This document shows, in pieces, positions 27,100 through 41,265 of a DNA stretch of 64,000 bases; position 1 is the first letter of the stretch; each line of letters begins with the position of its first letter. A model generated the notes under the pieces. It was not told the DNA's origin, did not search any database, and saw nothing but the letters and a program-made list of their open reading frames with translations. Made by a program: the position numbers and the translations under genes. Source of the stretch: Octopus sinensis (Eukaryota); the NCBI RefSeq assembly GCF_006345805.1, contig NC_043007.1:15314001-15378000 (forward strand), given 5' to 3'.

Positions 27100-27242
27100 G
27101 CGACTAAGAACCAAGCAGCGGAGTCAAATCAGTCCTATGCAGAGGAAGACCATCACCTGCGGCGGTGACACGAATGCTTTGGGAGTGGACGAACTTATTC
27201 GCACACATAGATTCATGGATGTGACTGTATATATAAATGCAG
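27100..27242 (+). CDS. Candidate 143-bp internal exon of unknown product
   Basis: Acceptor CTCTCCCCTACAG|G, donor GCAG|GTATAT, one frame open throughout (RLRTKQRSQ...VYINA), GC above the surroundings. Confidence 0.25.
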
Positions 27243-27890
27243 GTATATGCTTTCTTCTTTCATAATTTCACCTAAAATATTTTCCATAACAAAGATTTCG
27301 TTTGTGTTTAAGAATCGAAACTACGACCGTGTAATTTACTCTGCATATTTAAAGGCTTACATAACAAATTTAGAACATATTTGAATAGTTTCATTACTCC
27401 ACTTACAGATAAAATTATCCGATTAGAAGCCAGATGGACGCGTATACTGCCAGGCACCCTTGGGTTTTCCAAAATTACTACTTCAGGAAAAAATATCATA
27501 GCCAAGTGCAACAATAACTATAGGTATACAAGTTAATACAGACTAGAGAATCTATGTTTAAAAATACTTCATCATAACGGTTCTCTTTCTGACTGATTTA
27601 GAACTAATCGCTGACACCCGCAGGGTAGGTGCCCAGTCCGCCAGCACATCAGTTTGTTTTGGTCCCAAACAAGTGTATCGGGTTTGTTGTATGAATAAAA
27701 TACTTAGCATATTTACATTATTTATAGTTTTAAATGTCTCCGTTCACATGAATTTGGCCCGTTGATCTTTTTATGTTTAAGAAAAGATGTTTGGCAAACA
27801 AATTTGGAGATTTCTCAATTCACCTATTGACTCGGTCCGAATTTGTAAATTTTATTTTAAATAAAACACAGCACATATATATATATATAT

Positions 27891-28289
27891 ACTCTTTTTT
27901 TCTCTTTTTTTTTTTACTTGTTTCAGTCATTTGACTGCGGCCATGATGGAGCACCACCTTTAGTCGAGCAAATCGACCCCGGGACTTATTCTTTGTAAGT
28001 CCAGTACTTATTCTATCGGTCTCTTTTGCCGAACCGCTAAGTGACGGGGACGTAAACACACCAGCATCGGTTGTCAATCAATGCTAGGGGGACAAACACA
28101 CACAAACACACACACATACACATATATACATATATATACATATATACGACAACCTTCTTTCAGTTTCCGTCTACCAAATCCACTCACAAGACATTGGTCG
28201 GCCCGGGGCTATAGCAGAAGACACTTGCCCAAGAACCTGGAACCATCTGGTTGGTTAGCCAGCTACTTACCACACAGCCACTCCTGCGC
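27891..28289 (-). mobile_element. SINE family B, near full length
   Basis: Same family motifs as 7557-7959. Confidence 0.92.
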
Positions 28290-28367
28290 CAATATATATA
28301 TATATATAAATATTATTGGTGAATTGAAGAAATGGAGCTGAACGCAGATTGAACAGAAATCGTTTTA

Positions 28368-28457
28368 TTTCATTCTACACGTGTTTCGAAAGGCACAATT
28401 TACCAAAATCCGATTGAATAATGGGACCATATTGTGTCTTTCTCTTCAGGAAGAAAA
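28368..28457 (-). ncRNA. Type I hammerhead ribozyme motif (left arm)
   Basis: Reverse complement of 28962-29051, with one substitution in the stem II loop. Confidence 0.8.
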
Positions 28458-28961
28458 TAGGAAATCCGTTGGAAAAAACAAAAACAGAACAGAGGCGGAG
28501 CAAAAACAAATCGAACTAGGCTCCTAAGAGCCCATGGCGAAACTGTTTATCAGTGTATGTTGAGAACCGGTGGCTGAAGAATTTAACGGGTCAAGCATCG
28601 GTCAATCATGTGGGTGAGGGTGTGTAGATGTTCTTTGTGACCGAGAATAAAGTTCTGACTATTTAAGGAATATTGGATGTTTTATAAGTATATACACACA
28701 CACACGTCTCTAAGTAGATTTTTTCTCGCCCCTTATAAAACATCCAATATTCCTTAAATAGTCAGAACTTTATTCTCGGTCACAAAGAACATCTACACAC
28801 CCTCACCCACATGATTGATCGATGCTTGACCCGTTAAATTCTTCAGCCACCGGTTCTCAACATACACTGATAAACAGTTTCGCCATGGGCTCTTAGGAGC
28901 CTAGTTCGATTGTTTTTGCTCCGCCTCTGTTCTGTTTTTGTTTTTTCCAACGGATTTCCTA

Positions 28962-29051
28962 TTTTCTTCCTGAAGAGAAAGACACAATATGATCCCATTA
29001 TTCAATCGGATTTTGGTAAATTGTGCCTTTCGAAACACGTGTAGAATGAAA
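28962..29051 (+). ncRNA. Type I hammerhead ribozyme motif with long stem II
   Basis: TTTTCTTC-CTGAAGA-GAAAGACACAAT...ATTGTGCCTTTC-GAAAC-ACGT-GTA|GAATGAAA; palindromic stem III ACACGTGT, GUA site after 29043. Confidence 0.82.
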
Positions 29052-29259
29052 TAAAACGATTTCTGTTCAATCTGCGTTCAGCTCCATTTCTTCAATTCAC
29101 CAATAATATTTTAATTTCAATTATCCGCACCAACGGACGGTTGCAACACCATATGGTTGTACCTCCAACCGTGCTGTTTACTGCTGTGATTTTTGCTACT
29201 AAGGTATCGGTTAAACTTTTGATTAATCTACTACAAGATTATTCATCTTTCTATTTCAC

Positions 29260-29306
<47 letters not shown>

Positions 29307-29353
29307 TATATATATGTATGTATATTACGTATATAAGTTTATATGTATGCGTG

Positions 29354-29397
<44 letters not shown>

Positions 29398-30031
29398 TGC
29401 ATATATACATGTATGTATATATACATATAGTTAAAGGGCGTTTCTCGATGACAAAACCAGAGTATAATAAATGAAAGAAAGTCTCATTACAAACCTGGTG
29501 ATGGAGATGTCTATATAATTAAGATTTTATTGTAAGTGACTTCAAAGTAATCCAAACGAACAAGTTTTAATTTACACACATAGACACACACACATGCACA
29601 CATGTACAGACACACGTGCGCGCGAGAGCGCTTACTCATTAAATGTCTTTGATGAGAAAACCTTTAGGTGACAATGCCCGACTCACAATTTCCTGAGAAA
29701 TGTGGCCCACTCATTTGGATAAAAATAACGGTATTATATTATCCATGATTAAAGTAGCGAGATGGGAAAATCGTTAGCACGTTGGCCAAAATGTTTAGCG
29801 GCATTCCGCTTTAAGTTGAAATTCTATCCAGATCGTGTTTGCCTTTCATCTTTACTAGGTCGATAGAATAAGTACCAGTTGAGCACTGGGGTTCGACGTA
29901 GTCAAATTAACCTTCTCCACAGCCTTGCTGGCTAACCAAATCCTATAACGACGCGTCTGGCCAGGCCGAGGCTACAGTAAAAGACAATTACCCTTTATGC
30001 AACGTAGTGGAACAGAACTCGGAACCATGAA

Positions 30032-30447
30032 GGCGACGACGTGGCAGAATCGTTAGCACGCCGGGCAAAATCCGTAGCCGTATTTCGTCTGCCGTTACGT
30101 TCTGAGTTCAAATTCCGCCGAGGTCGACTTTGCCTTTCATCCTTTCGGGGTCGATAAATAAAGTACCAGTTACGCACTGGAGTCGATATAGTCGACTTAA
30201 TCCGTTTGTCTGTCCTTATTTGTCCCCTCTACGCTTAGCCTCTTGTGGGTAGTAAAGAAATAGGGATTTCGGCTGCCGCTTCGTTCTGAGTTCAAATTCC
30301 GCCGATGTTGACTTTGCCTTTCATCCTTTCGGGGTCGATTAAATAAGTACCAGTTACGCACTGGGGTCGATGTAATCGACTTAATCCCTTTGTCTGTCCT
30401 TGTTTGTCCTCTGTGTGTTTAACCCCTTGTGGGCAATAAAGAAATAA
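30032..30447 (+). mobile_element. SINE family C with two tandem units
   Basis: GGCAGAATCGTTAGCACGCCGGGC head; TTCTGAGTTCAAATTCCGCCGA occurs twice. Confidence 0.9.
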
Positions 30448-31117
30448 GAACTCGGAACCATGTGGTTCGGAAGTAAACTTTTTACCACAGAGCTCCGCCT
30501 GCAGTGTGTGTGTGTGTGTGTATGTGCGTATTATCTTATGTTAAGCCTCTATTTTATATTTGGCCTTCTTGGGATGAATCATAACAAAACAAACCATTTG
30601 GCTGTGTGGTTAAGAAGATCGCTTTGCGATCATATGATTACGTGTTTAGTCGGGTTCAGTTTCCACTACGTGGCAGCTTGGGCTGAGTCTTCCCTATAGC
30701 CTCTTGCCGGTCAAAACTTAAATTTCGTTGACGGAAATTGTGTAGAAGCCCGTTGTATACATATAGAGAAATATATATTTATACACGCACACACACAGAG
30801 TTTTAAGAGACAGAATCACCCTCAAGCAACTCAATCACCATTGAACGATATTTTCCATGATAGGTACATACAGGACTAAATATTAAAATTATCGAAATTA
30901 ATACCTTCAATCCTTATTCCAAATAGTCTATGTAACGCAAAGTATATGATTTGGAATAAGAATTGTAGGTATTAATTTTGATAATTTTAATATTTAGTCT
31001 GATATGTACCTATCGTGGATAATATAATTCAATGATATATACCAACACTAGCGCCCCTGGGAATGCACAAAAGCCCTTTTCAGAGTTATTGTCTTTCAAT
31101 AGTCATTATCTCATATC

Positions 31118-31501
31118 AGTGGAGGCGCAATGGCCCAGTGGTTAGGGCAGCGGACTCGCTGTCATAGGATCGCGGTTTCGATTTCCAGACCGGGCGTTGT
31201 GAGTGTTTATTGAGCCAAAACACCTAAAGCTCCACGAGGCTCTGGCAGGGGATGGTGGTGATCCCTGCTGTACTCTTTCACCACAACTCTCTCTCACTCT
31301 TACTTCCTGTTTCTGTTGTACCTGTATTTCAAAGGGCCGGCCTTGTCACTCTCTGTGTCACGCTGAATATCCCCGAGAACTACGTTAAGGGTACACGTGT
31401 CTGTGGAGTGCTCAGCCACTTACACGTTAATTTCACGAGCAGGCTGTTCCGTTGATTCGGATCAACCGGAATCCTCGTCGTCGTAACCAACGGAGTGCTT
31501 C
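31118..31501 (+). mobile_element. Full-length SINE family A (tail type 1) with a 14-bp target-site duplication
   Basis: A box TGGCCCAGTGG, B box GGTTTCGATTTCC; CATTATCTCATATC at 31104-31117 and 31502-31515. Confidence 0.95.
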
Positions 31502-31889
31502 CATTATCTCATATCTGATTAGCCTGTTATTACCTAGCATGCTTCACGATTTTAGTATACATATCTTACTAGTATTTCCTTCCATGTTCAATATACTCCG
31601 AGAACGCATTAAAGCCCTTTTCGGGGCTACTTTATTTGAATGCTTACTATCGGGTAACTAATTTCATGTTATTGCATAACTGACTTCACAATTTGAGTAG
31701 TCATAACTTATTAGGAATTCTTAAAAACAAGATCCTGTGTTAGACAGTTCGGTATTCTCTGTAAATGCACAAAAACTGTTTTAAAGGTTACATACTGTAT
31801 TGATGTTAGTGGATTAGCGAAACAACTATGAGAACGGAACCGAGGGATAAGCCCCGCTTCCCCTAGAATTACCGGGTATGTCAGCTAGC

Positions 31890-31946
<57 letters not shown>

Positions 31947-31953
<7 letters not shown>

Positions 31954-32446
31954 AAGAGGCTTCCAAATAGGAAAGCGTTGTGCTAGAAAGAGCAGTAGAA
32001 ATCTCAAGACCACAAAAAGGATAAATTCACGAAAGGAATGAAAATTAAAAGCGTTTAACATCTCAACTATTTCCCAGACCGCGGTTTCTAATTATTTCCA
32101 GCAAAAAAATATTTACTGAAGGCCAGTTTTCTTCAGTGGGATAGCCTTTAAATTTCAGACGTACAGACTGCTAGATCCACATGTAGAACTAACGGTTTGT
32201 AAATCCTAACTTTTCAAACCACTGCGCAGACGCAGATTGTACCCGGCGACAGAGAGTAAATTGAAAGTAAATTCAGTAAATATTTTTTTGCTGGAAATAG
32301 TTAGAAACCGCGGTCTGGGAAATAGTTGAGATGATAAACGTCTTTAATTTTCATTCCTTTCGTGAATTTATCCTTTTTTGTGGTCTTGAGATTTCTACTG
32401 CTCTTTCTAGCACAACGCTTTCCTATTTGGAAGCCTCTTATTGTAT
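31947..32446 (-). mobile_element. ORF-less PLE-like foldback insert
   Basis: Inverted arms 31947-32120 and 32272-32446 (~175 bp, 151-bp spacer); abuts (AT)n; complete hammerhead motif on the minus strand. Confidence 0.75.
32067..32144 (-). ncRNA. Type I hammerhead ribozyme motif with long stem II
   Basis: Minus strand: CTATCCCA-CTGAAGA-[41 nt including the TTCAG/CTGGA stem]-GAAAC-CGCG-GTC|TGGGAAATAG; the base of stem II is mismatched. Confidence 0.7.
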
Positions 32447-32700
32447 TTCTATATGAATAATATATAGTCTAATGACTAATTCGTGTTTTGTGCTAGGCCA
32501 CTGGTAATAATAATTTATTATTACCCTATTTTATTATGTTTTATTATGTTTTATTATGTTTATATATATATATAATATTAAATTAGAGATAAAACCACTA
32601 TTAGACAAATCAAACAATGAAAATCATTATTTTAAATATATATCAAAAGTATTAAAAGTTTAATAAAAGATAAAGAGTAAAACACTATATATATATATAT

Positions 32701-33949
32701 AACTTCTTCGCCTTCAATGACAACTTCTACCACCAAAAAAATCGGGGACTGCGATGGGTACACGAATGGCCCCCCCTTTGCCAACCTAGTCATAGGATCT
32801 AGAGATCAGTCTGTATCGTAAGGTTCTAGAAAGATATGGCAGCCCTTTCTCCATCTACATAGAAAACAAATGGAAGAGATATCTAGATGACTGTTTCATC
32901 CTTTGGCAAAAAATATAGAAAAACTCATAGAATTCCAGAAAATTTTAAACGGACTGGACGTAAACATCCAATTCACGATGGAATATAGCCAACAACAACT
33001 CCCTTCCTCGATATCCTCATTAAGAAAGCTAATAATATAATAGAAACAGACATATACTATAAGCCTACAGACTCTAAGCAATATCTTCCATTCAATTCAT
33101 GCCACCCCAGACACACCAGGATGAATATCCCCTTCAATCTAGCAAAAAGGATATGCACTATAGTCTCTAACGCAAACACCAGAGACACACACGACTACAA
33201 GAACTAAAAGATACCCTAATCACCAGGAACTATCCACCTTCACTTATTGACAAGTGCATTCAACGTGTCCTTTAACCTAACATCAAGGAACTGAGACATC
33301 CCAAATCAAAGAAAAACTTACAACCAAAAGCCTTACCATACATCTCCACACACAACCCTCTCAATAACGAAGCCTTCGACACCATCCTCCAACACATACC
33401 CCTCCTAAAAAAAGACCACAGAATGAACACAATCCTCCAAACACACACGATCATAAAAAGCAAAAGACAGCCTAGATCCATGAAAAGTCTCCTTACACAA
33501 GCCCGAATTCACTCTTCAACACAGAAGCCGACAGTAAAAAAATGTGGAAGACCCAATTGGGATTGCGACTATCTAATCGAGGGTTTCTGAGTTCTCCTTC
33601 AAACAGGGACAACGGTTTACAGTGAAAAGCAACTTCACATGTGCTTCGGAGAACCTAATATACTCACTAACCTGCTCCGGGTGTCAAGAGCAGTACATAG
33701 GCCAAACAAAAAATGGTTTGCGTAAACGAATGGCCCTGCACAGATCCCAGATAAAAATTCCCCAAAACAGAAAAAATAGCTTTTAGCCAACACCATAGAT
33801 ACTTGCGCCAACAAAAAAAAACACAAACTTCAGAATTTTCCCCCTCTACCAATTTAGGGACGATACACCTCGAGACAAAGATAAGTAAAGAAAATCTCTT
33901 TATTACAAAATACAAGCCACTTCTTAACGGGTCTCGACAAAACAATTAA
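32701..33949 (+). pseudogene. 5'-truncated Penelope-like retroelement ORF (RT C-terminal half plus GIY-YIG endonuclease), frameshifted
   Basis: GTAMGTRMAP, WKRYLDDCF (YLDD at 32880-32891), PFLD, YYKPTDSKQYLPFNSCHPRHT, NLIYSLTCSGCQEQYIGQT (33652-33708); several frameshifts. Confidence 0.92.
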
Positions 33950-34726
33950 TATACCTCAACTTTAGAATAAAAGAAAAAAAATATATACACACACAAATAC
34001 TACACTCCATAGAATCCATTACTAATCAGCCCCTTCATAGCTATATTTACACCCATTCATATTCTCCCTTCTCTGTTTTTCTTCTTCTTCTTCTTTTCAT
34101 CATCATCGTTATCATCATCATCGGCGTCATCATCATCGCCACCATCATCACCACCATCTTCTCCTTCTCCTCCTTCTTCTTCTTCATCATCATCGTTATC
34201 ATCATCATCGTCGTCATAATCATCACCACCATCACCATCATCTTCTCCTTCTCCTTCTCCTTCTTCTTCTCTTCTTCTTCTTCTTCTTCTCCACCCCTAC
34301 CCCTTAAGTTTGTCACTAATGTTTTTTAGAACACCTACGCTAATTCTATAAACAAGCCTGTCAATATAAATATTCTCCTGAATTGAACTGAGACTGGCAG
34401 CCGCCACTGACCATTCAAAATACGACCATCAGGGCACTCCCAGATTCTCCCACCCCCCTTTCCTCACCAGCCTTCCCTCTACTACCCTACCAAGAACTCA
34501 CAACTACCTCGAACACACAAGTGCAAACAAGGGAGTCAGAGAAAGGCAGAATGCCACTTAAATCTGAACACTACTATAGAAATATTCTTTTAAGAAAACT
34601 TTCTTCTAAATTTTCTAAATTTAATATTTAATCGTTACAGTTGAAAAGGTCTCAAAATGACCGAAACCGGTACTGAAATGTTACTATAAATTATTTTAGC
34701 ATTTTCTATTTTTTACTTGTTTTTTC
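33950..34726 (+). mobile_element. 3' UTR/terminal repeat of the same PLE
   Basis: Follows the ORF stop, contains a decayed hammerhead, ends at (AT)n. Confidence 0.65.
34638..34675 (+). ncRNA. Decayed PLE hammerhead motif
   Basis: CAG-TTGAAAA(for CTGAAGA)-GGTC...GACC-GAAAC-CG-GTA|CTG; two core substitutions. Confidence 0.6.
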
Positions 34727-36542
<1,816 letters not shown>

Positions 36543-37146
36543 ATTCGTGTCTGTGTTTGTCTTCTACAGTCACTTGACAACCTATTACAGTTTGTTTATG
36601 CTCACTGTAACTTAACAGCTCCGCAAAAGTCAAAAATGAAAAAAATATACCAAAATTTCAAAAAATATGTAAGAACTGGGATTGATTCGTTCAACTAAAC
36701 ACTTCAAGGCGGTATGCCTCATCATGGCCGCAGTCCAATAACTACAGCAAGTAAAAGCTGAAAAATCTGAACGTAGCAACAAATGCCGCCATCTTCTGCT
36801 GACTTTGTCGCGGCATATTTACAGTGAAGGGTTTAACAAAATTTGGTGTCACTTATTGAAATATTAAAGTATGCTGATACTTTAACGGTATAAATTGAAA
36901 GTAAATGAAATTGTTTTTGTGTGTTTTTAATTGGCTAAAATTAATCTTCACTGATGTAATTAATTCTTCTGTTGCTTTGTTGCACTTTCAGCACACAATC
37001 TCAGATGGAGTAATTTATTTTTCATAAAAGTAAAGCTCTGAATTAACGTGTGTGTGTGTGTGTGTGTGTGTGTGCGTATGCATTATGTATGTACGTATCT
37101 ATCTATCTGTATATATATATATAATATATATATATATATACATATC

Positions 37147-37193
<47 letters not shown>

Positions 37194-37594
37194 ATATATA
37201 TATATTAATATATATATATACATATATTATATATGTTTGTATATATACATATATAGGTTTGCGTGTGTGCGTATGAGTTGTGTACTTGTGTGTGTGTGTT
37301 TGTGTATGTGCGTGTATGAACATTGTTTATACGTTACGTATGATACATACATGACTCTGATATATGTATAGGATGCAAACACACGCATACATGCCCATAC
37401 ACACCTGCACATATATATAGTGGAAAATTCTGATACAGATAATTTCGAAGCTACTGATGATAAAATTATTAAACCATTTAGGCAGAGGTGTGGCTGTGTG
37501 GAAGGAAGATAAATTCCCAACCACATGGTTTCAGGTTCAGTCCCACAGCGTGATACCTAGGGTAAGTGAAACTGGACAAAACCCATCGTGTATA

Positions 37595-37636
<42 letters not shown>

Positions 37637-37716
37637 CATCATTATTATTATTATCATTCTTCTTCTTCTTCTTCTTCTTCTTCTTCTTCTTTTCTTCTTC
37701 CTTCTTCTTCTTCTTC

Positions 37717-37766
<50 letters not shown>

Positions 37767-37770
37767 TTGA
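37595..37770. repeat. Compound (ATT)n-(TTC)n-(ATT)n microsatellite
   Basis: Directly visible. Confidence 0.95.
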
Positions 37771-37804
37771 ATAGGAAATGGATTTTTTATTACACTTTTA
37801 TTAG

Positions 37805-37849
37805 GCACAACATGTGTTTCGACCTACCAGGCTGAGTCTCTTCAGGTAC
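37805..37849 (-). ncRNA. Type I hammerhead motif in a PLE terminal-repeat fragment (~37770-38140)
   Basis: Minus strand: GTAC-CTGAAGA-GAC...GTC-GAAAC-ACAT-GTT|GTGC; stem III contains ACATGT; GUU is a weak site. Confidence 0.68.
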
Positions 37850-38143
37850 AGTGATAAAGATTCCTCACTAGAGAATTTTAGTCTCGGCTGGCTTCTTATT
37901 GTATACCCATCAAGTTAGGGAATTAAAAAAAGCAAATAATATTATAGAAATGCAAAAAATTAAAGCATGAACGTGGAAATCTTGCGTTCCAGTTTATATG
38001 ACATGACCTAATCAGCTTTCGATGTCATAACTGCTTAGAGGGAAAAGAAAGTAGAAGGGAAAAGGAAGATTAATACTTAGTCAAGGAGTTTTATGTTCGT
38101 GCATATAAATACAGACGGACGGACAGAGAGACGACGACACAGG

Positions 38144-38174
<31 letters not shown>

Positions 38175-38206
38175 TATATATATATTTATATATATACATA
38201 TAAAAT

Positions 38207-38241
<35 letters not shown>

Positions 38242-38248
<7 letters not shown>

Positions 38249-39288
38249 CAACAATTGAGGGTAAAATTAATAATTATTAATCAATTTCACCAAGTATTCA
38301 GTATGTAAAGGACCATTTAAGGTGGGTGGAAAGGGGAGGGCAGAAATTCTCGCTTGCATATTTTGAATTTGTTGGTGGCACTGTTAGTCTGAACGGATCT
38401 TCGGAGGTGAAAAGTCGCCAAAAGGGTATGCTCCTACTTTCAGTGTTTACAAATCCGAATTAAGGAATTTTGGGCTGACGAAAGAAAATCGAATTGTATT
38501 TGGCTGATCTAGAAACGTACGTTCTCAAAATACCTTTGCATTTGTGATTTTTTAATGTTTTTACCCCATACCTTCGTGGGCTATTTTGGAGTAAGCACTA
38601 TCTGAGAGAATTTTCTTTAAGTATTAGAATTTGGCTAAAAAATTTTTTTGGCTGCTATTTCTAATGAGTTCAGTATGTGGCAAAGTAATTTATTTTACTA
38701 AGCCCTTTATAAAATGTAATATTTTGAATTCGCCTTAAATGGTCCCTTTACATACTGAATACTTGGTGAAATTGATTAATAATTAATTAATTTTACCCTC
38801 AATTGGTTGAAATTATAATTCATTTCTCTCTGTTTAATGCTTCGGTTTTCACCGATAAAATTATGGTGTTTGCTAGATTAGCCACGTGGGTGGAAAGGGG
38901 AGGCAGAAAAATTCTTCGCTTGCATATTTTGAATTTGTTGGCACTGCTAGTCTGAACGGATCTTCGGAGGTGAAAAGTCGCCAAAAGGGTATGCTCCTAC
39001 TTTCAGTGTTTACAAATCCGAATTAAGGAATTTTGGGCTGACGAAAGAAATGTCGAATTGTATTTGGCTGATCTAGAAACGTACGTTCTCAAATAACCTT
39101 TGCATTTGTGATTTTCTAATGTTTTTACCCCATACCTTCGTGGGCTATGTTGAGTAAGCACTATCTGAGAGAAATTTTCTTTAAGTATTAGAATTGGGCT
39201 AAAAAGATTTTTTTGGCTGCTATTTCTAATGAGTTCAGTATGTGGCAAAGTAATTTATTTTACTAAGCCCTTTATAAAATGTAATATT

Positions 39289-39289
<1 letters not shown>
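38242..39289 (-). mobile_element. Tandem plus terminally inverted repeat insert with PLE-like architecture
   Basis: Block B at 38322-38724 and 38886-39289 (direct, period ~564); block A at 38242-38322 and inverted at 38733-38816; (AT)n on both sides. Confidence 0.65.
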
Positions 39290-39320
<31 letters not shown>

Positions 39321-39376
39321 CATATACATATATATATTTATACATACACATACATATATATACATATATACATAGA

Positions 39377-39427
<51 letters not shown>

Positions 39428-39581
39428 GCTTGATTGTAAAGTTACCCGTCTAAATTGATGTTATTCGCATACGGTTCTTCTTTAATATATGTTTCATGGT
39501 TACAGTTCGAGAGGTTTTAACTCAGAGGGTTAATCCGAGTTATGGGTGTTGGGTTTGTATCAGTTAGGTGTGATTTAGATT

Positions 39582-39830
39582 CTAGTATGTGAATGTGTGT
39601 TTAGCTGTATGCAGGCACCTGGGTAATAGTTCCGTAAATCTGTTCATAATGCGCTCATTTCTTAATAATATTGAGGGTGACTCTTCGGGACACAACTGAT
39701 ATTTCCGGGATAATGTGTTATAGGGATTCACCTGTCTAATTATAGACCAGGTGAGGTCGTATTTTGTCTTCTCTTCTTTGAGCATCCAAATATAATGAGA
39801 CAGTAATGTTACATGCGCCTAAGAATTTTC
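39582..39830 (-). pseudogene. C-terminal relic of a second PLE lineage
   Basis: TLLSHYIWMLKEEKTKYDLTWSII...YQLCPEE...MNRFTELLPRCLHTAKH resembles the LS.YIW.LK / W.I / C.LC.EK / LN.R.E..C.H pattern I recall for PLE C-termini. Confidence 0.6.
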
Positions 39831-40404
39831 GAAGTCATTTAATGCTCTAATATCTATACAGCCTTGGGTTTTTTTTTATCTCATTACGCAAAAAAATCAT
39901 ACATACACACGCTGATATAAAACCAACGTTGAACCCTTTATTCGTAATATTACCGAATCTGGAACGGTCTGTCTATAGTACTTATTCAGCATTACCTGAC
40001 ACTTTTGGGTCTCATTGACACCATTATCTCATATAATATATATATATATATATACGTTTAAATATTTGTTGTGCGAGATTTTTTATGTGAAGTCGTGTGT
40101 TGAAACAGATATTGTTATATTTCGGAATGGTCATTTTGCCAGTTAGCAATAAAAACACACGCACTATATATTTGGTGTTACTTTGCTTCAGTGTTATTAT
40201 TTTTTACATTAATCTTAATCATATTTCGGCCAGAGTTCTTTCGTCACACTCCTGTGACCGCATCAGTGTTCCTTTGTTTTCTTCTCATTTATTTGTGTCT
40301 CTCCTTACTAACCATCAGCCATTTTCTCCACTGAAGCAAAGTAACACCAAATATATAGTGCGTGTGTTTTATGGCTAAACTGGCAAAATGACCATTCCGA
40401 AATA

Positions 40405-40454
<50 letters not shown>

Positions 40455-40614
40455 ATATACATACATATATATACATATAAGTATGTATGTATGTATGTCT
40501 TTATATATATATATATATATATGTCTTTATATATATATATATGTATATATACATACATATATGTGTATATATGTATATACATACATATATACACATATAT
40601 GTATGTATGCATGT

Positions 40615-40668
<54 letters not shown>

Positions 40669-41265
40669 ATATATATTTGCTGTATGTATTTTTATATATA
40701 CATTCTTATATATTAAATGGCATTCCATACAAAACAATGTGCAATATGAGGGAAATTAGGCTCCTATTTTTAGCCGACTCAGTAACTGCTTAGAGGCGCT
40801 TTCATTGGCTTGGTTATTAGTCATTTTGTTATGTAAAATGCGACTAAGAAAAGAAGCTAAGCTATGGTTTCTAAACAAACATGCGATTACATAGAGAGAA
40901 GCTTTGTCGTTGTCCTTTCAGTTTTGTGTGTCTGATATATTAAATAATAGAAATTGCCAACAATATACATAGATTGCGGAAACTGCCTTTCATTACATGT
41001 AACCACACGTACAAACAGTACATTCCACTGCACCCACAACAAAAATTCACATTCCTCGTTTCAAAATGAACAATACGTTCATTTTTATCACATATATTGT
41101 GAACAATAGCGTCGTTCATGATGGGTTGGCAACTCGACACTCAAGGTGTTTGTTCATTGTATTTCTAATGACGAGAGTGACAAAGAAGTATTCGAGCAGG
41201 TCGGAGTGAGAATATATACCGCAATTTCTTTCTATCCAGCTCACCGGTATGCTTCTCCTACTCAA

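Larger units (their letters stand above)
28308..29262 (+). mobile_element. ORF-less PLE-like foldback insert
   Basis: Inverted arms 28308-28688 and 28732-29111 (~380 bp, 43-bp spacer); the right arm continues to the (AT)n at ~29263; hammerhead motif in each arm. Confidence 0.8.

Noticed and set aside
31120-31195. tRNA-like A/B boxes here and at other SINE heads
   Set aside because: They are SINE heads followed by a shared core and tail; this copy has a target-site duplication. They are not tRNA genes.
38470-38510. CTGACGA...CGAATTGTA in the B blocks
   Set aside because: No GAAA, no stem II and no stem I complementarity.
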